Source: Dolichospermum sp. OTE_75_concoct_329_sub (GTDB taxonomy: Bacteria > Cyanobacteriota > Cyanobacteriia > Cyanobacteriales > Nostocaceae). Taken from it: a stretch of 64,000 nt of DNA. Position numbers and translations under genes: made by a program. Every line of letters starts with the position of its first letter. The first letter of the stretch is position 1. Positions 11,472-21,363 of the stretch are shown piece by piece. The notes under the pieces are model-generated. The model was not told the origin of the DNA, did no database searches, and worked only from the letters and a program-made list of their open reading frames with translations. Location: the NCBI GenBank assembly GCA_031376645.1, contig JANMEE010000036.1, positions 8,239-72,238 of the forward strand, read 5' to 3'.

Positions 11472-12515
11472 TTACTGTAATTTAGCGTGAGCAGCTAAAA
11501 TAATTCTTTCTGTTTCTTCCCAATTGATACACTTATCAGTTACAGAGACACCATATTGTAAATCTTCACGATTCCCTGTAATCGCTTGACTACCTTCATA
11601 CAAATTGGATTCTAACATCATGCCCACAATAGAACTATTACCATCTACTATTTGCTGAATAATATTTTCAAACACCATAGATTGTAATCTGTAATCCTTA
11701 TTTGTATTCCCATGACTACAATCAACAACTATTCTGGGTGATAAGTTAGCCGTTTTTAATTGTTCTTCCACTAATTTAATGTTCTCTGCCTCAAAATTAG
11801 GCTGATTTCCACCGCGCAAAATTACATGGCCATGAGCATTTCCCCTAGTTTGAAATACGCTCACTTGTCCCTTTTGATTAATACCCAGGAAATTATGGGG
11901 TGTTTTTGCTGATTTGAGCGCATTGACAGCAACTTGAATATTACCGTCAGTACCATTTTTAAATCCCACCGGCATAGATAAACCACTAGCCATTTCTCGG
12001 TGTGTTTGCGATTCCGTTGTTCTTGCCCCAATTGCTGACCAAGATATCAATTCGCTGATATATTGAGGTATGATGGGATCAAGTGCTTCTGTGGCAGTTG
12101 GTAATCCTAATTCCGTCAACTTTAATAATAAGTTTCTGGCAATTAATATTCCTTTTTCCACGTTAAAAGAATCATCCATTTCCGGATCATTAATTAATCC
12201 TTTCCAGCCGACAGTAGTTCTCGGTTTCTCAAAATAAACCCGCATAATTAACAGCAGTTTATCCTGAACTTTTTCTGCTAAAGCGTGCAATCTTTTCCCA
12301 TATTCTATCGCGGCTTTAGGATCATGAATTGAACAAGGTCCAACTACAATGAATTTACGCCGATCTTGAAAATCTAGAATATTTTCTATTTCTTGTCTGA
12401 ATTTTAAAATTGTATGTTCAGCAGTTTTATTTAAAGGTAATTTTTCCTTTACCTCATTAGGAGTTAGCAAAACGTGGGAACTCTTAATGTTAGTATTAAT
12501 TAATTTGTTGATCAT
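11472..12515 (-). CDS. 3-deoxy-7-phosphoheptulonate (DAHP) synthase, class I-alpha (E. coli AroF/G/H-like)
   Basis: VVGPCSIHD, RVYFEKPRTTVGWKGLINDP, SAIGARTTESQTHRE, GFKNGT, DCSHGN, GVSVTDKCI. Confidence 0.95.
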   Translation of the reverse strand: MINKLINTNIKSSHVLLTPNEVKEKLPLNKTAEHTILKFRQEIENILDFQDRRKFIVVGPCSIHDPKAAIEYGKRLHALAEKVQDKLLLIMRVYFEKPRTTVGWKGLINDPEMDDSFNVEKGILIARNLLLKLTELGLPTATEALDPIIPQYISELISWSAIGARTTESQTHREMASGLSMPVGFKNGTDGNIQVAVNALKSAKTPHNFLGINQKGQVSVFQTRGNAHGHVILRGGNQPNFEAENIKLVEEQLKTANLSPRIVVDCSHGNTNKDYRLQSMVFENIIQQIVDGNSSIVGMMLESNLYEGSQAITGNREDLQYGVSVTDKCINWEETERIILAAHAKLQ

Positions 12516-12596
12516 AGCAGAAATCTCTTGACTTGTGTTATACGGTAGTAATCCTAAAATATCTGTGACAACGTTTATTATTCTCTTTAAGCCTAA

Positions 12597-12934
12597 GAGG
12601 GTGTTTTAAAAGTATTAAATAAAACCAATAATCTCCAAAAACCTAACCCCCCTACCCCCCTTCCCTACAAGGGAAGGGGGATTTTAAAGCCTCTCTCCTT
12701 ATAGGGGCTACGGTTTACACACAAGTTAAATTACCCCCCTTAGTCCCCCCGATGTATTTGGGGGAAACCGGAAAAATTAGTCCCCTCCCCACCCAATACA
12801 TCGGGTAGGGTTAGGGTGGGGTAATTTGAGAAATAATAGCGATTCAATCACTTGTGTGTACACGGTAGCTCCTTATAGGGGAGAGGTTTACAAGAGGGGT
12901 TAATTTATACCGTGAAAACTTTTAAAACATCCTC
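12597..12934. mobile_element. MITE family A copy interrupted by a nested MITE
   Basis: TAA|GAGGGTGTTTTAAAAGT...ACTTTTAAAACATCCTC|TAA. Confidence 0.85.
12708..12868. mobile_element. 161-bp nested MITE (TIR CTAC(G/C)GT(T/G)TACACACAAGT, 13-bp TSD)
   Basis: 17/19 TIR match; CTCCTTATAGGGG duplicated at 12695-12707 and 12869-12881. Confidence 0.85.
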
Positions 12935-13259
12935 TAAAGTAGTTAGTTGAAAAACAAGTTGCACAAATTAGATCAGATTACTATATGCAAGGGTTGAATA
13001 TATTAATATACACAGTTTTGCCAAAAAACACAAGGTAAGTCCGGGCTATTTCCATAACATTTAGACATAAAACCATAATTTAATCCTAGAATTTAGATAA
13101 AAAGCTCATATCCCTAACTACTTAGAGAACTCTATAAAAAAGATGAACTGCTTGCAGTAGCGCGAGTTTTACACTATCCAATTTTGTGGGACGGGCAAGA
13201 TGCCCATTCTAATATTATTAGCAGGCAAGAATGCCTGCACCACAAGAAATTTAGCAACT

Positions 13260-13637
13260 TTACTCAATTGTACCAGTGGTTATTAACATATAACTTAATA
13301 ACCAATTTGCGGATGTGGCTCTGCGAGTTTGTCGAGGACCAAATTCACCAATTTTATAACCTTTAAAACCGAGCTTTTGTTTGAGTAGTTGTTTATTTTC
13401 TTGGGGAATAGAACGAGTTAATTTCATAATTGCTGGACGAGAATCAATAAAATCCGGTGGTTGAGGATATTCATCTCGCCATGTCGGTGCTACTTCACTA
13501 TTAGTCCATGTGTCTGTAATAGGATCATAACGATAACCTAAGTGATACCATAATAATTTTTTGACAGTATCATCGTCAATTGTATCGTTAATGATTGCCC
13601 AAATTGTTGTTGTATTCAGTGGTGGAAGATTGGGCAT
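13260..13637 (-). CDS. Conserved cyanobacterial protein (DUF1823-like)
   Basis: LWHYLGYRY, W...YPQPPDFI.SRPA..KLTRSIP.ENKQLLK..LGFKGYK...PRQTRRAT motif, recalled for DUF1823. Confidence 0.75.
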   Translation of the reverse strand: MPNLPPLNTTTIWAIINDTIDDDTVKKLLWYHLGYRYDPITDTWTNSEVAPTWRDEYPQPPDFIDSRPAIMKLTRSIPQENKQLLKQKLGFKGYKIGEFGPRQTRRATSANWLLSYMLITTGTIE

Positions 13638-13679
13638 AACTTTGCAAGAATAGGGAATAGGGGGGAAATAAATAGTTCC

Positions 13680-13788
<109 letters not shown>

Positions 13789-13793
13789 TTCTA

Positions 13794-14582
13794 TTACTTA
13801 CCAAAGATTTCTGCAAAAAACTGTCGCATAGCTTGCCAAGAACGTTGATCAGCACTAGCGTTATATAATGCTCCTTTGGGGTTATTTTTGGCTTCTGGGT
13901 TAGTGAAAGCATGAAGCGCACCACCATAAGATATTAATTGCCAGTTAACATTACCTAAACGCATTTCTCTTTCAAAAGCTTGTACTTGCTGTTCTGGGAC
14001 AAAGGGATCATCTGCGCCATGCAATACTAATACTTTAGCTTTAATATTTTTAGCATCGTTAGGATCTGGTGTGTCAAGACTGCCATGAAAACTGACTACA
14101 CCCGCAATATTAACACCACTACGAGCTAATTCCAAGACTGTACCACCACCGAAACAGTAACCAATAGCAGCAATGCGTTTAGAGTCAGTCAAAGGATAAT
14201 TTTGTAAAACTTGTAACCCAGCTTTTGCTCGCTCACGCAGTAATTTCCGGTCTTGACGATAAATAGTTGCTTGTGTGCCTGATTCTTCTATGTTTTTTGG
14301 TCTAATTCCTTTACCATAAATATCCGCTGCAAAAGCCACATATCCCAATTTGGCTAACTGTTGAGTCCGTTTTTTAGCATAAGACTGTAAACCATTCCAT
14401 TCATGAACTACTAATACACCAGGACGCTTGATTTTAATAGCATCATCATAAGCAAGATATCCTTCTAAAACTGTATTTCCTTGCTTGTACTCAATCGTTT
14501 TAGTTCTAATTTCTGCTAATACATGAGTAGAACTCAACAAAATTACCACAGGTGTCAGCAAGACAGAAAGTAAAAATTTCAT
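13794..14582 (-). CDS. Dienelactone hydrolase family protein, with probable signal peptide
   Basis: HEWNG, GYCFGG nucleophile elbow, HGADD, HAFTNP. Confidence 0.9.
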   Translation of the reverse strand: MKFLLSVLLTPVVILLSSTHVLAEIRTKTIEYKQGNTVLEGYLAYDDAIKIKRPGVLVVHEWNGLQSYAKKRTQQLAKLGYVAFAADIYGKGIRPKNIEESGTQATIYRQDRKLLRERAKAGLQVLQNYPLTDSKRIAAIGYCFGGGTVLELARSGVNIAGVVSFHGSLDTPDPNDAKNIKAKVLVLHGADDPFVPEQQVQAFEREMRLGNVNWQLISYGGALHAFTNPEAKNNPKGALYNASADQRSWQAMRQFFAEIFGK

Positions 14583-14613
14583 AACTTTAATTAACTAGTC
14601 AAAATTGATTATG

Positions 14614-15900
14614 TTAAGCTTCCCCGGTCTGAAGACGCGGGGATTTCTGAAGAGTCCATAAAAGAACTTTCGTAGGCTGACTTAAACAACCTCTACCTAC
14701 TCCAATTAAGTCAAACTTAAATATCGCAGCTACTTTTCTGATTATGTTGACCGCACCGTTGCAATCTGCATTAATTTTTGTGCCGTCCTGAGAACAGTAC
14801 AAACCCCGGCTAATTCTTTTCCCTGATTCTTTCCACCCTTCGGGTTTTGCACCAAATGTAGGTAGAAAATCATTATCTAAGAACGACGTTTTTGAGGTAT
14901 AGGATTCTTCAGTTTCAACAAACTTGATACCGTATTGTTCACACAGTTGAGCAATGCGGTTTTTTAGTTTTGCAGTAGGGATTTGAACAAACTTTTGATT
15001 AGTTTTTGATCCAAGATTTATAGAGTCTTTTTGTCCAACATTCCAGCCAAAAACAACAGTACCAATTTTATGATCTATGCAATGGTTGATTACGATTCTA
15101 GCCGCCTTATTAGTCGCATCTCTCATCTGGCGATTACGCTTTTCTGTAATCGCTGCAAGCCTGTTTGACCAAAAACCCTGCGGTTTATTTTCCTTGATTT
15201 TAGCTACAGATTTGTTATACCACTGGTTGATGCTTTTTAAATGTAGTCCGTCAACTATAAAGGATGTACCAATATTAGAAACACAAGTTAACCAATTATT
15301 TAACCCGTGGTCAATTCCTAATACTTTTGATGCGTCCACCTCGGAGATTTTAATATCTTGTTGGTAAACAAATTCTGCATAAAAGCATCTGTTCCTTGGC
15401 AGGATACGGACTTCTCTTATTGATTTATAGTCCAGATTTGAGGGCATAGGGATATAAAAAGCGTCTATTCCAAACCACGCTTTCACCTTACTACCTAAAG
15501 GGAATCTCAATATTCCGTTCTTTAATTTTAAAGAACGCCCCGTAAAGGTGGCAATAGACATTACACTTTTACAGTAATTTGGTGGTTTAGGTTTTTGAGT
15601 TACCGTACCTTCTTTTATGCCTTTTAAAAGTCCAAAGTAAGACTTAAAAGATTCTGCAACAGTAGTTAAAATCTGTTGTGCTGTGTCCGAGTACAAAGCT
15701 TGATAATGGGCGTTTTTTTGGATAGTTCCCAATTGTTTATGCAGGTCGGCTTTACTTGATATCTTGCCAGTCTTAAAATATAACTGACGAGAATAGTAAA
15801 CACCGCAATTTGTCAGCTTTTTAGCTTCAGTACAAACATATTCCAATATGGCTTTTAAATCCTTATTCGGGCTAATTAATATCTGTTGGCAGCCGTACAC
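14614..15900 (-). CDS. tnpB: RNA-guided endonuclease TnpB
   Basis: RuvC-I VLGIDHG, RuvC-II ETEESYTSK, RuvC-III INADCNGAVNI: D-E-D triad intact. Cyanobacterial SFLD variant lacking CxxC. Start is GTG. Confidence 0.93.
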   Translation of the reverse strand: MYGCQQILISPNKDLKAILEYVCTEAKKLTNCGVYYSRQLYFKTGKISSKADLHKQLGTIQKNAHYQALYSDTAQQILTTVAESFKSYFGLLKGIKEGTVTQKPKPPNYCKSVMSIATFTGRSLKLKNGILRFPLGSKVKAWFGIDAFYIPMPSNLDYKSIREVRILPRNRCFYAEFVYQQDIKISEVDASKVLGIDHGLNNWLTCVSNIGTSFIVDGLHLKSINQWYNKSVAKIKENKPQGFWSNRLAAITEKRNRQMRDATNKAARIVINHCIDHKIGTVVFGWNVGQKDSINLGSKTNQKFVQIPTAKLKNRIAQLCEQYGIKFVETEESYTSKTSFLDNDFLPTFGAKPEGWKESGKRISRGLYCSQDGTKINADCNGAVNIIRKVAAIFKFDLIGVGRGCLSQPTKVLLWTLQKSPRLQTGEA

Positions 15901-15925
15901 AATTATTTTTACCTGTGTTGTTTTC

Positions 15926-15966
15926 TTGACTTTTCCACTATAACTGAGTTAGATTCTATTTGTCAA
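15926..15966. promoter_or_regulatory. Overlapping divergent sigma70-like promoters for tnpA and tnpB
   Basis: Plus strand TTGACT-N18-TAGATT (15926-15955); minus strand TTGACA-N18-TATAGT (15966-15937). Confidence 0.5.
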
Positions 15967-15984
15967 TAGCGACGAGAAAACAAC

Positions 15985-16386
15985 ATGAAAACCACTTTGG
16001 AGTTTAGAACAAGCAACCATTCTAAAGGCAACGCTGTAGTTCATCTAGTCTGGATTCCCAAACGAAGAAGGAAGGTTTTATCTGGAGAGATAGCCAAGCG
16101 TCTTCGACAAATAATCAATGATTTAGCTCAAGAGAAGGATTGGGACGTTTTGGCTTTAGAAGTCGCGCCAGATCATGTCCATTTGTTTGTAGAGCATCAA
16201 CCGGATATAGCCATTAACCAAGTTATTAAGGCGTTTAAAGGTCGGTCATCTTATCTATTGAGAAAAGAGTTCCCGGAGTTATTAAAACTTCCTAGCCTAT
16301 GGACTAACAGTTATTTTTATTCGACGGCAGGTCAGGTTTCCGCAGATACAATTAGACGATACATAGAAGACCCGCATCATGGTTGA
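15985..16386 (+). CDS. tnpA: IS200/IS605 Y1 (HUH) transposase TnpA
   Basis: HLVWIPKRRR, PDHVHLF (HUH), KGRSS, LWTNSYFYST, TIRRYIEDP. Confidence 0.95.
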   Translation: MKTTLEFRTSNHSKGNAVVHLVWIPKRRRKVLSGEIAKRLRQIINDLAQEKDWDVLALEVAPDHVHLFVEHQPDIAINQVIKAFKGRSSYLLRKEFPELLKLPSLWTNSYFYSTAGQVSADTIRRYIEDPHHG

Positions 16387-16879
16387 GAATCTTGATTGCG
16401 AATAAATAGAGCCTCCGGCACGCTCCGCGAACGCCGTTGGCACTTCCTCCACGCATCTATTGCCAAGTGGCTTCCGTGCCTTTCGTTCTATTTGGTGAAT
16501 TATCACCACAAAACCCGACAAAATAAACGTAATTATTTGGAAAATAATTGCTACAATCCTGCTTTTAGCTTCTGGATGATATGCCTAGGCTATCAAAAAA
16601 GAATTCAGTAGTTAAAAGTTGCAGGAGTATGGTTTACGCCACACTACGCTACGCTATCAGAATCAACTTTTTGTGTAACTGGCATAAGAATAGAAGTAAA
16701 TTAATCATTTATTGTATAAAAACGTACTTAATTGATTTTAGTTTCCTAACTTCTGTATTCTATTTAGCAAGATTGCCATTCTAGCAATGGGAAATTTTGC
16801 CGCAACGCTAAATTATTAGTTATATAAAGAAAAATCAATCGGTGTTCCCAATTAATTCATCGGCTATTAACTCACTACC

Positions 16880-18985
16880 ATGCGTGCAACTGCTACTATT
16901 TATCAGAATCCTCTACTTCAAAGCTCTGGTTTACCCGAATTTGCGGATATTAAACCGGAGCAGGTCGAACCAGCTTTTAATTATCTGTTAGCAGAACTGG
17001 AGAAGCAATTAGCTGCTTTAGAAGCAAATATACAGCCTACCTGGAGTGGCTTAGTAGAACCTCTGGAAAAATTGACAGAGAGACTCAATTGGAGTTGGGG
17101 GATATTGAATCATTTAATGGGTGTGAAAAATAGTCCAGAACTACGGGTTACTTATGAAAAGGTACAGCCGCGAGTAGTTCAGTTTATGAATATCCTGGGT
17201 CAAAGCAAACCCATTTATAATGCTTTTAAAACAATTCGTAATAGTCCTAACTGGGAAACTTTAGATTCAGCCCAACAGCGAATTATCAAAGCTGCGATTC
17301 GGGACGCAGAATTGTCTGGTGTGGGGTTAGAAGGAAAAGATAGAGAGCGTTTTAATGCTATCCAGATGGAATTAGCCGAACTAGCAACTAGGTTTGCTAA
17401 TCACGTTCTAGATGCGACTAAAGGCTTTATTTTAATCCTCACCATCCAGAATGAAGTTGATGGCTTACCAAGTAGCTTGTTGAGCCTTGCTGCCCAAGTT
17501 GCTCGTGCTGCTGGAGAAGAAAATGCCACACCAGAACATGGACCTTGGCATATTACTTTAGATTTTCCTAGCTATTTCCCGTTCATGCAGCACAGTACCC
17601 GCAGGGATTTGCGTGAAAAACTCTATAAGGCTTATATTACCAGGGCATCTTCTGGAGAATTAGATAATAACCCTTTAATTACACGAATTTTAGAGTTAAG
17701 AAAAGAACTAGCTCAATTAATTGGCTTTGAAACCTTTGCTGAACTGAGTTTGGCTAGTAAGATGGCCAAGGATGTTCCCTCTGTAGAAAAACTGTTAGAA
17801 GAACTCCGTCAAGCTAGTTATAATGCTGCTGTCAAAGATCTAGAAAAACTCAAAGTCTTTGCTAAAGCCAAGGGAGCCGCAGAAGCCGAAAATTTGCAAC
17901 ACTGGGATATTAGCTTTTGGGCTGAACGGCAACGGGAAGAAAAATTTGCCTTTACTGCTGAGGAACTACTTCCCTATTTCCCCCTCCCTCAAGTCCTAGA
18001 TGGGCTATTTGGGCTGGTGAAAAGGCTTTTTGGTGTGAGAGTGACACCCGCTGATGGCCAAGCCCCAATCTGGCATGAGGATGTGCGTTATTTCCAAATT
18101 GCTGATAAATATGGTGAACCCATTGCCTATTTTTACTTAGATGCTTACAGTCGTCCCGCAGAAAAACGCGGTGGCGCTTGGATGGATGCTTGCATTCACC
18201 GTCGCAAAATCACAGAAAATGGTTTAACAACTGTCCGCCTACCCATAGCTTATTTGATTTGTAACCAAACTCCCCCTGTAGATGGACATCCTAGTTTGAT
18301 GGCTTTTGATGAGGTTGAGACATTGTTCCATGAATTTGGACATGGCTTACATCATATGCTGACCAAGGTGGATTATTTGGGAGCGGCAGGTATTAATAAT
18401 GTTGAGTGGGATGCAGTGGAATTACCAAGCCAGTTTATGGAAAATTGGTGTTACGACCGCCAGACCTTGTTTGGTATGGCCAAACATTATGAAACAGGGG
18501 AAGCATTACCGGAGCATTATTACCAAAAATTGTTGGCAGCACGTAATTACATGAGCGGTTCAACTATGTTACGGCAACTGGATTTTAGTAGTGTTGATTT
18601 GGAATTACACTATCGCTATTGTCCTAATAGTCAGGAAACTGTGACAGATGTGCGACATCGGATTGCTAAGTTAACCACTGTGTTATCACCATTACCGGAG
18701 GATGCGTTTTTGTGTGCTTTTGGTCATATTTTTGAAGGGGGTTATGCTGCTGGATACTATGGCTACAAGTGGGCTGAAGTTCTCAGTGCTGATGTTTTTG
18801 CTGCTTTTGAAGAAGCGGGCTTAGAAGATGAAGTGGCAATTCACGCTATTGGCAGACGTTACCGAGATACGGTGTTAGCACTAGGTGGCAGTCAGCATCC
18901 AATGGATGTCTTTAAAACCTTCCGGGGACGAGAACCCAGTACCAAGGCTTTACTTAAGCATAATGGGCTACTGGCTGCCTTGTAA
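16880..18985 (+). CDS. prlC: Oligopeptidase A (M3 family)
   Basis: LFHEFGHGLHH zincin, WDAVELPSQFMENW, KRGGAWM, HIF.GGYAAGYY.YKWAE. Confidence 0.95.
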   Translation: MRATATIYQNPLLQSSGLPEFADIKPEQVEPAFNYLLAELEKQLAALEANIQPTWSGLVEPLEKLTERLNWSWGILNHLMGVKNSPELRVTYEKVQPRVVQFMNILGQSKPIYNAFKTIRNSPNWETLDSAQQRIIKAAIRDAELSGVGLEGKDRERFNAIQMELAELATRFANHVLDATKGFILILTIQNEVDGLPSSLLSLAAQVARAAGEENATPEHGPWHITLDFPSYFPFMQHSTRRDLREKLYKAYITRASSGELDNNPLITRILELRKELAQLIGFETFAELSLASKMAKDVPSVEKLLEELRQASYNAAVKDLEKLKVFAKAKGAAEAENLQHWDISFWAERQREEKFAFTAEELLPYFPLPQVLDGLFGLVKRLFGVRVTPADGQAPIWHEDVRYFQIADKYGEPIAYFYLDAYSRPAEKRGGAWMDACIHRRKITENGLTTVRLPIAYLICNQTPPVDGHPSLMAFDEVETLFHEFGHGLHHMLTKVDYLGAAGINNVEWDAVELPSQFMENWCYDRQTLFGMAKHYETGEALPEHYYQKLLAARNYMSGSTMLRQLDFSSVDLELHYRYCPNSQETVTDVRHRIAKLTTVLSPLPEDAFLCAFGHIFEGGYAAGYYGYKWAEVLSADVFAAFEEAGLEDEVAIHAIGRRYRDTVLALGGSQHPMDVFKTFRGREPSTKALLKHNGLLAAL

Positions 18986-19068
18986 GTTAGCAATTAGGAC
19001 AAGGGATTGAGAGATTGAGGAGAGTATTTATCTTGAATTTTGCCTCTTGCCTTTTGCTTTTTGTGAAT

Positions 19069-19326
19069 TTACATGATAATTTCTTCCCGTTGGCAATCAA
19101 AGAAAAGCTCAAAAACAGTATGGGGAATCATCTGACGGACGTGCTGAATATAGCCTTCGGCATCAGCACGACTGCGAAACCGGGAAACAATTACTTTTTC
19201 CTGTTCGGTAACTACACGGGCTACAGCCCAACCATTTAGCCTTTTTTTGTAGGGATTATCTTCTTTTGCCGTGGGTATCGCTTGATTTTCTGAAGTGATA
19301 TTTTTGTAATCCATATTTTGTGGCAT
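19069..19326 (-). CDS. Small conserved cyanobacterial hypothetical protein
   Basis: 85-aa ORF with Y..RL..WAV.R...VSRFRSR.DAEG motif, typical of small cyanobacterial proteins. Confidence 0.6.
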   Translation of the reverse strand: MPQNMDYKNITSENQAIPTAKEDNPYKKRLNGWAVARVVTEQEKVIVSRFRSRADAEGYIQHVRQMIPHTVFELFFDCQREEIIM

Positions 19327-19567
19327 GATTATTTTATGTGTATGAACTTGAGTGAAGGTCGTTAGTATGTCTCTTAAACCAAAGATGTACTAGCGTCTTT
19401 TATTGATGATGCCACCTTGTTATTACATATTTTTAAAATTGTCAATAGGTGATGCAACAACTTATCTTTTAAGAATGTTTAGTTTTATGTGATTTCAATG
19501 AGTATTTACTGAGCTAAAAGGTATTCAAAGATATAGATAAGATGCTTATCTGATTTTTGGACTATAT

Positions 19568-19730
19568 GTAGGGTGGGCATTGCCCACCAAAACCAACCTA
19601 CGGTGGGCATTACGATAGGACAAAATAATAATGTTGTCAGACAGCCAATGCCCACCAAAACTAACATCCGGTGGGCATTGCCCACCCTACAATATTTACT
19701 ATTTCACGAATCATTTGGGATTACTATAGA
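19568..19730. repeat. GTGGGCATTGCCCACC palindrome-family repeat
   Basis: Several palindromic units; related units at about 11340 and 53399-53492. Confidence 0.75.
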
Positions 19731-19853
19731 AAGAAAAAATTAATTGTACAATCTATATCTAATTTTAATGGTTTGAGGTTTGGGATTGGGAAATATTTAC
19801 AAATATTGCCATACCTTTTAGTGTAATTTTGAGAGAATCTTAGAAAATAAAAA

Positions 19854-20840
19854 ATGTCAATCACATCAATCATCAAAAAAGTAGCATTGCAAATAGGGGC
19901 TGTAGTTTTAGTTGAACCAGAATATGAATTTGTAGGACATATTACGTTTAAAAATGGGAAAAAGTCAGTTTTTAGTCATGCCAAATTAAATATTAACGGT
20001 TTTGCTTCAGCCGAATTAGCTAAAGATAAAGCTTATAGTAATTTTTTCTTGAAGCAGTTTGGATATCGAGTGACAGAGGGAAAAACATTTTTTAGTGATC
20101 AAATGTGTGCGAAAATAGCTCATCCTCGAAATATTGATGATGGATTTAAGTATGCAAAATCAATGGGATTTCCTGTCATTGTTAAACCGCTGAATCTTAG
20201 TCAAGGCACATTGGTGACTAAGGTATATAATCAGGCAGAATATTATGATGTGGCTCATAAAATCTTCCAAATTAAATCAGGATTGATTGTCGAAAAGTTT
20301 TATAATGGTCATGATTATAGAATTGTTGTATTGGGTGATGAGGTGATTACTGCTTATCAAAGAATTCCTTTATTTGTTGTTGGTGATGGTATATCTAATG
20401 TTTTAGAATTGCTACAACAAAAAGAGGGAAAATTTGTGGGTATGGGTAGAAAAAATGTAATTAAATTTGATGATTTTCGCATTTATCAAAAATTACAAAC
20501 ACAAAATCTTGATTGGGATAGTGTGATTCCTAATAATAATATTGTCTATCTTTTGGATAGTGCTAATTTATCCAGTGGAGGTGAAGCGGTAGATTTTTCT
20601 GAAACTATTCATCCTGATTTTCAGAAATTAGCAATTAATATTACTAAAGATATCGGACTAAGATTAGCTGGGGTGGATATACTCACTGATGATATCACTA
20701 TGCCGATGGTAGATTATACGCTTATTGAAGTCAATGGTTCTCCTGGGTTGAATCACTATGCTGCTAGTGGTAAATTAGCAGCAAAGCGAGTGGAAGAGTT
20801 GTATTTGAAAATTCTCCAAGTGATAGAGAATGATGCTTAA
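19854..20840 (+). CDS. Stand-alone ATP-grasp ligase related to the cyanophycin synthetase/GshF ATP-grasp domain
   Basis: AKDKA, FPVIVKP...SQG, IVEKF..G.DYRIVV, AYQRIP..VVGDG, ANLSSGG, AGVDI, IEVNGSPG. Confidence 0.8.
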   Translation: MSITSIIKKVALQIGAVVLVEPEYEFVGHITFKNGKKSVFSHAKLNINGFASAELAKDKAYSNFFLKQFGYRVTEGKTFFSDQMCAKIAHPRNIDDGFKYAKSMGFPVIVKPLNLSQGTLVTKVYNQAEYYDVAHKIFQIKSGLIVEKFYNGHDYRIVVLGDEVITAYQRIPLFVVGDGISNVLELLQQKEGKFVGMGRKNVIKFDDFRIYQKLQTQNLDWDSVIPNNNIVYLLDSANLSSGGEAVDFSETIHPDFQKLAINITKDIGLRLAGVDILTDDITMPMVDYTLIEVNGSPGLNHYAASGKLAAKRVEELYLKILQVIENDA

Positions 20841-20843
20841 GGG

Positions 20844-21197
20844 TTATAAATTTTTTCCTAGCAGTGATTCAAGTTCCCCTGACAAAGAGTTCATGTCTGC
20901 AACTCTAGCTACGAGTAAACTATCATGTCCGGCATCGTTTAACCGAGATTTCCAATAGTTAACACTCTCAGCATTATTCATCCAGAATTCAATCACTGTA
21001 TGTACTACATGATCTAAGTTCCAACCCCATTTTACAGGAATTGGTTCGATAGATGCTAGAAAGGCATCTAAGGTGCAAGTATGAGTTCCTAGATATTCTA
21101 TGCCTTGGTACTGTGGTTGGACTAAACTCTGTTGTTGGTAATTGAAAAAATGTAAAACAGGAGATACACCTACCAGATTGAAACTGTATTTAATCAT
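20844..21197 (-). CDS. Conserved cyanobacterial hypothetical protein
   Basis: 117-aa ORF with AGGAGG RBS 5 nt upstream of ATG; no family recognised. Confidence 0.7.
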   Translation of the reverse strand: MIKYSFNLVGVSPVLHFFNYQQQSLVQPQYQGIEYLGTHTCTLDAFLASIEPIPVKWGWNLDHVVHTVIEFWMNNAESVNYWKSRLNDAGHDSLLVARVADMNSLSGELESLLGKNL

Positions 21198-21336
21198 TCT
21201 AGTCCTCCTAATGAATTCATCAATTGCCGAGAAACTGGAATTTTTGGCAAGAACCTATTACGGAAAAGTCCGCTAACTACATTTAGAAAAAGGAGATTTT
21301 TTGCCTACTACATCAGTTTCAAGATTAAGTTAGAAA

Positions 21337-21363
21337 TTAGCACTCAACCCTTGTGAGTGCTAA
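21337..21363. promoter_or_regulatory. CIRCE element (HrcA operator)
   Basis: Exact TTAGCACTC-AACCCTTGT-GAGTGCTAA (9-N9-9 consensus). Confidence 0.9.

Larger units (their letters stand above)
14614..16494 (-). mobile_element. IS200/IS605-family element, IS605-type (divergent tnpA and tnpB)
   Basis: Right-end hairpin AAAT-CCCCG...CGGGG followed by TTAA at the tnpB 3' end; left-end hairpin GGCAC...GTGCC at about 16439-16480; no TSD. Left boundary is inferred. Confidence 0.85.

Noticed and set aside
16396-16784. Small ORFs following tnpA
   Set aside because: They span the IS left-end hairpin and SDR repeats, with no coding signature.
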